Assembly: GCA_904420025.1 (NCBI GenBank)
Contig: CAJFTW010000054.1
Coordinates: 761-64,760, forward strand
DNA from: Candidatus Pseudolachnospira avium
GTDB lineage: Bacteria > Bacillota > Clostridia > Lachnospirales > Lachnospiraceae
DNA: 64,000 bases
Direction of reading: 5' to 3'
Part shown: positions 57,474 to 64,000 of the stretch, piece after piece
How the letters are laid out: each line of letters begins with the position of its first letter
How positions within the stretch are numbered: the stretch's first letter is position 1
Position numbers and translations under genes: made by a program
Notes under the pieces: generated by a model
Told to the model about the DNA's origin: nothing
Seen by the model: the letters and a program-made list of their open reading frames with translations, nothing else
Databases searched by the model: none

Positions 57474-59324
57474 ATGAGTAGACTGAGGATTTCAACGCCG
57501 GATGAGGCACAGCTCACCATGGAGCACCTATATCTGGATCTGGAGCGGCATATTGCGGCCAGCGCTCCGGGGCTCTGTCCGGTGGACATGCAGATTTCCT
57601 TTCTGCGGCTGTGCCATGCCCAGTCCTGCGGCAAGTGCGTCCCCTGCCGGATAGGCCTGGGACAGCTGCAGCGGCTGATGACGGATGTGCTGGAAAACCG
57701 GGCTACCCTGGAGACCTTGGATATGATTGAGCAGACGGCCCAAAATATTGAGGCCTCCGCCGATTGTGCCATTGGCTATGATGCGGCGCGGATGGTGCTG
57801 AGCGGCCTGAAGGGCTGCCGGGAGGATTACCTGTCCCACATCCGCCGGGGGCGCTGTGCCGCCGGTATTTCCCAGCCGGTGCCTTGCGTGGCCCTCTGCC
57901 CGGCGGGGGTGGATGTGCCCGGCTACATTGCCCTGGTGGCAGAGGGCCGTTATGCGGATGCGGTTCGGCTGATCCGGAAGGATAACCCCTTCCCCACCGC
58001 CTGCGCCATGGTCTGCGAGCACCCCTGCGAGGCCCGGTGCCGCCGGAATATGATCGACAGCGCGGTGAACATCCGTGGGCTGAAGCGGGTGGCTGTGGAC
58101 CACGCCCATGCGGACACGGTGCTGGTACCGGCCAATGAGCCATCCACCGGCAAGCGGGTGGCTATTGTGGGCGGAGGCCCCAGCGGCCTCAGCGCCGCCT
58201 ACTACCTGGCCTTGATGGGACACCATGTGGACCTGTACGAGGAAAAGCCCCATCTGGGCGGTATGCTCCGGTATGGGATCCCGGCCTACCGCTTCCCCCG
58301 GGAGCGGCTGCAGGAGGATATCAACGCCATCCTCTCCACCGGCATTGAGGTGCATATGAATGTGAACGTGGGCAAAGATGTGACCATCCGGGAGCTCCAT
58401 GAGCAGTTTGACGCGGTATATGTGGCCATTGGAGCCCAGACCAACAAGAAAGCCGGCATTACCGGGGAGGAGAACGTCCGGGACGGCAATGTGGTCTCGG
58501 CAGTGGAAATGCTCCGGAATGTGGGGCTGGACCATCCCATTGACCTTTCCGGCAAGCGGGTGGTTATTGTAGGCGGCGGCAACGTGGCTATGGACTGTAC
58601 CCGCACGGCCATTCGTCTGGGCGCTTCTAAAGTGATGGTGGCCTACCGCCGGCGCCGCAACGACATGACGGCCATGCCGGAGGAGGTGGAGGGCGCCATT
58701 GCCGAGGGCGCGGAGCTGATCACCCTCAACTCCCCTCTGCGGATTGAGACGGATGATCAGGGGAATGTGGCAGCCATCTGGGTGCAGCCCCAGATCTGCG
58801 GCCCCATGGATTCCCAGGGGCGTCCCCGTCCTCTGAATGCGGCGGAGGAGCCGGTGCGGATCCCCTGCGACGTGGTGATCACCGCCATCGGCCAGGGCAT
58901 TGAGACGGCCCACTTTGAGGAGTTTGGCCTGGAGGTGAAATGGGGCGTGCTGCAGACGGTGGATGACAGCCTGGAGGGGGATATCCCCGGGGTGTTCGTG
59001 GGCGGCGACTGTGTCACCGGTCCCGCTACCGTTATCCGGGCAATTGCCGCCGGCAAGGTGGCGGCGGCCAATATAGATGAATATTTGGGCTTCCATCACA
59101 ACATCAGCTGCGATGTGGAGATCCCGGCTGCAAACCTGACGGACAAAAAGCCCTGCGGGCGGATCAACCTGCGGGAGAAGGAGTCCGGTGAGCGGAAGGG
59201 CAATTTTGAACATATTGAGATCGGCATGACAGATGAAGAAGCTGCTCAGGAGGCCAGCCGCTGCCTGCGGTGCGATCACTTTGGATACGGTATTTTGAAA
59301 GGAGGCCGCAATTCCCGATGGTAA
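57474..59324 (+). CDS. GltD-like FAD/NAD(P)H oxidoreductase with N-terminal NuoF-type 4Fe-4S domain (partner of group A2 hydrogenase)
   Basis: SCGKCVPCRIG; PCVALCP..CEHPCEARC; GGGPSG; GGGNVAMD followed by YRRRR; C-terminal RCLRC. Confidence 0.88.
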   Translation: MSRLRISTPDEAQLTMEHLYLDLERHIAASAPGLCPVDMQISFLRLCHAQSCGKCVPCRIGLGQLQRLMTDVLENRATLETLDMIEQTAQNIEASADCAIGYDAARMVLSGLKGCREDYLSHIRRGRCAAGISQPVPCVALCPAGVDVPGYIALVAEGRYADAVRLIRKDNPFPTACAMVCEHPCEARCRRNMIDSAVNIRGLKRVAVDHAHADTVLVPANEPSTGKRVAIVGGGPSGLSAAYYLALMGHHVDLYEEKPHLGGMLRYGIPAYRFPRERLQEDINAILSTGIEVHMNVNVGKDVTIRELHEQFDAVYVAIGAQTNKKAGITGEENVRDGNVVSAVEMLRNVGLDHPIDLSGKRVVIVGGGNVAMDCTRTAIRLGASKVMVAYRRRRNDMTAMPEEVEGAIAEGAELITLNSPLRIETDDQGNVAAIWVQPQICGPMDSQGRPRPLNAAEEPVRIPCDVVITAIGQGIETAHFEEFGLEVKWGVLQTVDDSLEGDIPGVFVGGDCVTGPATVIRAIAAGKVAAANIDEYLGFHHNISCDVEIPAANLTDKKPCGRINLREKESGERKGNFEHIEIGMTDEEAAQEASRCLRCDHFGYGILKGGRNSRW

Positions 59325-61069
59325 GTCTGAAAATTGATGAGAAACAGGTGATAGTTCCGGAGGGAACTACGGTGATGGAGGCAGCCGCCTCCGTGGGCAT
59401 CCGGATTCCCAGCCTCTGTTATCTGAAAGGAATTAATGAGATTGCTGCCTGCCGGGTCTGTGTGGTGGAGATGGCGGGCAAGGATAAGCTGATTACCTCC
59501 TGCAACAATGTGGTGCAGGAGGGAATGGAGATCTACACCAACAGCCCCAAGGTCCGTTCGGTGCGGCGGACCAACATGCAGCTGCTGCTGTCCCAGCACG
59601 ACAGCCGCTGCGCGATCTGTGAGAGGAGCGGAAACTGCAATTTGCAGCAGATCTCAAACGACATGGGGATTGTCTCCAACCCCTTTCCGGACGACTGGGC
59701 CCCAGAGCCCTGGCCAGAACAGTTCCCGCTGGTCCGGAAGGCTCAGAAATGTATCCGCTGCATGCGGTGCCTGCAGGTCTGCGACAAGATTCAGGGGATG
59801 AATGTATGGGATGTGGCTAACACCGGCGGACGCACCACCATGGGCGTGTCCGGGATGCGGAAGATTGAGGACTCGGACTGCACCCTCTGCGGCCAGTGCA
59901 TTACCCACTGCCCGGTGGCGGCGCTCCGGGGCCGGGAGGATTGGTACCAGGTGCTGGACGCCATGGCGGATCCGGAAAAGATTACCATTGTCCAGGTGGC
60001 GCCGGCGGTGCGGACCGCCTGGGCGGAAGGCCTGGGCGTCCCCCGGGAAAAGGCTACGGTGGGACGCCTGGTGGCGGCCTTGCGCCGGCTGGGCTTTGAC
60101 TATGTGTTTGACACCAGTTTTTCCGCGGATCTGACGATCATGGAGGAGGCCAGCGAATTCCTGTCCCGGTTTGAACAGATCCGGGAGACGGGAAAGCCCC
60201 TGTTCACCTCCTGCTGCCCCGGATGGGTACGGTTTGTCAAATCCCAGTACCCGGACATGGTCCCTCAGCTGTCCACCGCCAAGTCTCCCCAGCAGATGTT
60301 TGGGGCTGTGGCCAAAACCTACTATGCCAAGCTGCTGAACGTGGATCCCAGCCGGATTTACAGCGTGTCCATTATGCCCTGCATTGCCAAAAAGTATGAG
60401 GCGGAAATCCCGGTAATGCGGGATGCCGGGGCAGGGCAGGATGTGGACTGTGTGCTGACTACCCGGGAGCTGGCGCGGATGGTCCGGGCCGACCGGATTA
60501 TGGTGGATGCCCTGGAGGAGGAGGAGTTTGACCGCCCTCTTGGCGTCAGCAGCGGCGCCGGCGTCATTTTCGGCAGTACCGGCGGCGTTATGGAGGCGGC
60601 CCTGCGGTCCGCTTATTACATGATCTCCGGAAAGAATCCGGCTCCGGATTCCTTCCAGGCCATCCGCTCGCCCCAGGATTGGAGGGAGGGCGAGTTTAAT
60701 ATGGCCGGAACCAAGGTGAAGGTGGCGGCGGTCAGTGGCCTACGGAACACCCGCAAGCTGGTGGAGGCCCTGCGCCGGGGAGAGGTGCAGTATGATTTTG
60801 TGGAGGTGATGGCCTGCCCTGGCGGCTGTGTGGGCGGCGGCGGCCAGCCCATACATGACGGACAGGAACTGGCAGCGGAGAGAAGTGAGTACCTATATGA
60901 GCTGGATGCGGAGAACAAGCTGCGCTTTTCCCATGAGAATCCGGCCATTGTGAAGCTGTACGAGGATTACCTGGAGAAGCCCATGTCCCACCGGGCTCAT
61001 GAGCTGCTGCACACGGACCAGAGCGCCTGGCCCATGAAGGTGGAAAAGGAGAAAAAGGCTCACCTGTAA
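59318..61069 (+). CDS. hydA: [FeFe]-hydrogenase catalytic subunit, group A (A2 by context)
   Basis: H-cluster motifs TSCCPGW, MPCIAKKYE, EVMACPGGCVGGGGQP; 2Fe-2S, His-ligated and two 4Fe-4S binding motifs; AAGGAGG SD upstream of ATG 59318. Confidence 0.93.
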   Translation: MVSLKIDEKQVIVPEGTTVMEAAASVGIRIPSLCYLKGINEIAACRVCVVEMAGKDKLITSCNNVVQEGMEIYTNSPKVRSVRRTNMQLLLSQHDSRCAICERSGNCNLQQISNDMGIVSNPFPDDWAPEPWPEQFPLVRKAQKCIRCMRCLQVCDKIQGMNVWDVANTGGRTTMGVSGMRKIEDSDCTLCGQCITHCPVAALRGREDWYQVLDAMADPEKITIVQVAPAVRTAWAEGLGVPREKATVGRLVAALRRLGFDYVFDTSFSADLTIMEEASEFLSRFEQIRETGKPLFTSCCPGWVRFVKSQYPDMVPQLSTAKSPQQMFGAVAKTYYAKLLNVDPSRIYSVSIMPCIAKKYEAEIPVMRDAGAGQDVDCVLTTRELARMVRADRIMVDALEEEEFDRPLGVSSGAGVIFGSTGGVMEAALRSAYYMISGKNPAPDSFQAIRSPQDWREGEFNMAGTKVKVAAVSGLRNTRKLVEALRRGEVQYDFVEVMACPGGCVGGGGQPIHDGQELAAERSEYLYELDAENKLRFSHENPAIVKLYEDYLEKPMSHRAHELLHTDQSAWPMKVEKEKKAHL

Positions 61070-61163
61070 ATACAGAAAAAACCCTTGCGAAAATCCGCGG
61101 AGTATCGTATCCTAGGGACGAAAAGAAAAATGTAAGGATACAGGAATTTGAGAGGAGAAGCAG

Positions 61164-62669
61164 ATGATTCGAGGTTTGGATACCGCTGTCAAGCGGTTGA
61201 GAAAACAGGTGTTTACGGAGATTGCCCGTCTGGCTTACGAATCCACCAATCTGAACGATGACATTGAGGCCATCCCCTACAAGATCTCCCCGGGGGATGT
61301 CCCCCAGTACCGGGAGAGCATTTGGCGGGAGCGGGCCATTGCCTCTGAGCGGGTGCGGCTGGCCATGGGCATGAGCCTGCGCCCGGAGGATGCGCCGGTC
61401 CACCTGACGGCGGGCTTGGACGAGAGCAATATCTCGGAAAAGTATTATGAGCCTCCGCTGATGCAGGTGATCCCCTCCGCCTGCGATGCCTGTACCGCCA
61501 ACGCGTACAAGGTAACAGACAATTGCCGCAGTTGCGTGGCACATCCCTGTGTGGAGGTGTGCCCTAAGGATGCGGTATCCATTGTGAATGGCCGTTCCCA
61601 TATTGATACGGAAAAATGTATTAAGTGCGGCAAGTGCAAGGCTGCCTGCCCTTATGACGCCATTGCCCATGAGATCCGCCCCTGCGCGGAGGCCTGCGGC
61701 GTGGGTGCCATTGAGAGCGACAGCCTGGGGCGGGCCTATATTAATCCAGACAAGTGCGTGTCCTGCGGCATGTGCATGGTCAACTGCCCCTTTGGCGCCA
61801 TTGCGGACAAGTCACAGATTTTCCAGATGATCCGGGCTATGAAGGAAGGCGGGGAGATGATTGCGGAGGTGGCCCCGGCCATTGCCGGACAGTTCGGGCC
61901 GGGCGTGACTGCTGGAAAGATCAAGGCGGCCCTGATGGACTTGGGCTTTTCTGAAGTCTACGAGGTGGCCCTGGGAGCGGACATGGGGGCGGCCACGGAG
62001 GCTAAGCACTATGTGGAGGAGGTGCTGCCTGGAAAGCTGCCATTCCTGCTGACCTCCTGCTGCCCTTCCTGGGCAATGCTGGCCCGGCTGTATTTCCCGG
62101 ACATGATCGATAAGATCTCCAATGCCCTGACCCCTATGGTGGCTACGGCCCGGACGATAAAGCAGAAACATCCCAACGCCCGGGTGGTATTCGTTGGCCC
62201 CTGTGCATCCAAGAAACTGGAGGCTTCCCGGCATGATGTCCGCAGCGATGTGGATTTTGTCATAACCTTTGAGGAGCTGGATGCCATTTTTGAGTCCCGG
62301 GGCATTGATATGTCCACCTATGAGAAGGAGGTGGAGGTCCATGATGCCACCGGCGCGGGCCGGGGATATGCAGTGGCCGGCGGCGTGGCGGAGGCTATTG
62401 AAAAGTGTATCCACACCTATTATCCGGATGTGGAGGTGAACATTGAGCACGCGGAGAGCCTGGCGGAATGCCGGAAGGCACTGCTGATGGCTAAGGCGGG
62501 CAAGATGGACGGCTGCCTCATAGAGGGCATGGGCTGCCCCGGCGGCTGCGTGGGCGGTGCCGGTACCATTGCGCCGGTGAACAAGGCTACCCAGGCGGTA
62601 AAAAAAGTGGTGCGGGAGTCTGCCGAGGCGATCCCCCCCAAGGAGCTGGCGGAGATCCAATTGGATTGA
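61164..62669 (+). CDS. [FeFe]-hydrogenase, group B type, with N-terminal 4Fe-4S domains
   Basis: TSCCPSW, GPCASKKLEA, EGMGCPGGCVGGAG; several CxxCxxCxxxCP motifs. Confidence 0.88.
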   Translation: MIRGLDTAVKRLRKQVFTEIARLAYESTNLNDDIEAIPYKISPGDVPQYRESIWRERAIASERVRLAMGMSLRPEDAPVHLTAGLDESNISEKYYEPPLMQVIPSACDACTANAYKVTDNCRSCVAHPCVEVCPKDAVSIVNGRSHIDTEKCIKCGKCKAACPYDAIAHEIRPCAEACGVGAIESDSLGRAYINPDKCVSCGMCMVNCPFGAIADKSQIFQMIRAMKEGGEMIAEVAPAIAGQFGPGVTAGKIKAALMDLGFSEVYEVALGADMGAATEAKHYVEEVLPGKLPFLLTSCCPSWAMLARLYFPDMIDKISNALTPMVATARTIKQKHPNARVVFVGPCASKKLEASRHDVRSDVDFVITFEELDAIFESRGIDMSTYEKEVEVHDATGAGRGYAVAGGVAEAIEKCIHTYYPDVEVNIEHAESLAECRKALLMAKAGKMDGCLIEGMGCPGGCVGGAGTIAPVNKATQAVKKVVRESAEAIPPKELAEIQLD

Positions 62670-62693
62670 CAGAGAACGTCAAGTGTGAACGAA

Positions 62694-62740
62694 AAAAAGG
62701 ACGGAGACTGATCCTGGATGGGACCGCTTCCGTCCTTTTT
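62694..62740. terminator. Bidirectional terminator
   Basis: AAAAAGGACGGA...TCCGTCCTTTTT. Confidence 0.7.
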
Positions 62741-62768
62741 CCGCTCTTGTGCCGGCGCGCTCTGCCAT

Positions 62769-63143
62769 TTATTTGACGGCAATGACCTCCACCTCGCACA
62801 GAACGCCCTTGGGCAGCTCCCGCACCGCCACGCAGGAACGGGAAGGTTTCCCGGTGAAGTACTTGGCATAGACTTCGTTGAAGGCGCCAAAGTCTGCCAT
62901 GTCCGCCAGGAAGCAGGTGGTTTTGATGGCGTTTTCAAAGCCGGCGCCGTTGGCCTCCAGCACCGCCCCCAGGTTCTTCATAACCTGCTCGGCCTGCTCG
63001 GCAATGGTGGTGCCCACCACCTGGCCGGACTGGGGATCCAGCGGCACCTGGCCGGAGGTGAAAATCAGGTTATTCCAGGCCATGGCCTGGGAGTAGGGGC
63101 CGATGGCGGCCGGAGCGTTCTTCGTGTCTGTCACCTGAAACAT
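62769..63143 (-). CDS. ridA: RidA (YjgF/YER057c/UK114) enamine/imine deaminase
   Basis: APAAIGPYSQA, FTSGQ, KTTCFL, FNEVY, PSRSCV, EVEVIA; AAGGAGG SD before ATG 63143. Confidence 0.93.
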   Translation of the reverse strand: MFQVTDTKNAPAAIGPYSQAMAWNNLIFTSGQVPLDPQSGQVVGTTIAEQAEQVMKNLGAVLEANGAGFENAIKTTCFLADMADFGAFNEVYAKYFTGKPSRSCVAVRELPKGVLCEVEVIAVK

Positions 63144-63407
63144 GGGATATCTTTCCTCCTTTTGGATTTGTGCCCTGCGGGAGTGTTTTCCCGAAGGCAA
63201 GCACCTTTAAAATAGCACAGAAAAAATAGAATGTCAATTCTGTGGAATGGAAACGGATGTTTCATTAAACGAAAAACCAGATCCCGTTGAACGAAAAGGC
63301 ATTTTTCGTTGCGGAACGGGGAAAACTTCAGTATAATAGGACGGGTGGAAGGGCCCTGCGGGATGTACGGGACCTGCCTGAATCTGGAAAGAAAGGAAAA
63401 ATCGGCA

Positions 63408-64000
63408 ATGCGCGTATATAAAAGTATGGAAGAGCTGGTGGGCGGAACCCCTCTGCTGGAGCCGTCCCGTTTTCTGGAGGCGGCTGCCTCGGAAGCCAAA
63501 GTTTGGGTAAAGCTGGAGGGGAGGAACCCGGCGGGCAGCAGCAAGGACCGGGTGGCGGTGTCCATGGTCCGGCAGGCAGAGGCGGAGGGCAGGCTGGCCC
63601 CCGGGGCGGTGATCATAGAGCCCACCAGCGGCAACACCGGCATCGGCCTGGCGGCGGTAGCTGCCTCCCGGGGCTACCGGGCTATCTTTACCATGCCGGA
63701 GACCATGAGCGTGGAGCGTCGGAACCTGCTGGCGGCTTACGGGGCGGAGATTGTGCTGACACCTGGCAGCCAGGGGATGTCCGGGGCCATTGCCCGGGCG
63801 GAGGAGATGGCGAAGGAGATCCCCGGGGCTTTCCTGCCAGGCCAGTTTGAGAACCCGGCCAACCCGGCAGCCCACTATGCTGCCACCGGCCCGGAAATCT
63901 GGGCGGATACGGATGGACAGGTGGACGTGTTTGTGGCCGGCATCGGCACCGGCGGGACCATCTCCGGCGCGGGGAGGTATCTGAAGGAGCAGAAAGCATC
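63408..64000 (+). CDS. cysK: Cysteine synthase A, runs off the window end
   Basis: Own translation [16 protein letters not shown]...[14 protein letters not shown]...[13 protein letters not shown]...[10 protein letters not shown]...QFENPAN...GIGTGGT; promoter TTGCGG-N17-TATAAT at 63309-63337. Confidence 0.93.
   Translation, partial: MRVYKSMEELVGGTPLLEPSRFLEAAASEAKVWVKLEGRNPAGSSKDRVAVSMVRQAEAEGRLAPGAVIIEPTSGNTGIGLAAVAASRGYRAIFTMPETMSVERRNLLAAYGAEIVLTPGSQGMSGAIARAEEMAKEIPGAFLPGQFENPANPAAHYAATGPEIWADTDGQVDVFVAGIGTGGTISGAGRYLKEQKA

Noticed and set aside
63240-63407. T-box/S-box before cysK; AACGAAAA repeats and short palindromes in the ridA-cysK spacer
   Set aside because: The leader after the -10 box is too short for such RNAs and lacks signature motifs; the palindromes could be an operator but match nothing I can name and occur once.

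Overview
GC-rich chromosomal window from a spore-forming clostridial Firmicute (Lachnospiraceae-like gene content). In order it holds: the end of a GGDEF gene; an orphan spoVAC; two Xaa-Pro peptidases and an oppABCDF operon; a complete A/V-type ATP synthase operon; a THF-dependent histidine utilisation cluster (formiminotransferase, cyclodeaminase, hutU, hutI, hutH) with a SARP-AAA-TPR regulator, interrupted by an Rpn nuclease gene, a CDF exporter and a GntR; a sigma54 activator/PLP lyase/NhaC module; mgtE; pepI; uvrBA; clpX; a Csp-type protease; an ABC exporter; lspA; a PdaB-like deacetylase; an M18 aminopeptidase; a GltD-linked (group A2) and a group B [FeFe]-hydrogenase; ridA; and the start of cysK. 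No rRNA, tRNA, CRISPR-Cas or intact IS element was seen. The most interesting signals are non-coding. (1) A 49-nt two-hairpin unit occurs in 1 to 3.5 tandem copies directly upstream of the Shine-Dalgarno sequence of several unrelated genes. (2) A ~163-bp four-stem repeat shows compensatory base changes between its three copies. (3) A 38-bp REP-like hairpin occurs three times. (4) TTGACG direct repeats with an 11-bp period sit at both hut promoters flanking the SARP-type regulator. Also notable are an RpnS-like gene-within-a-gene and a PLP lyase with atypical active-site residues. All assignments come from reading motifs by eye; no database searches were run.
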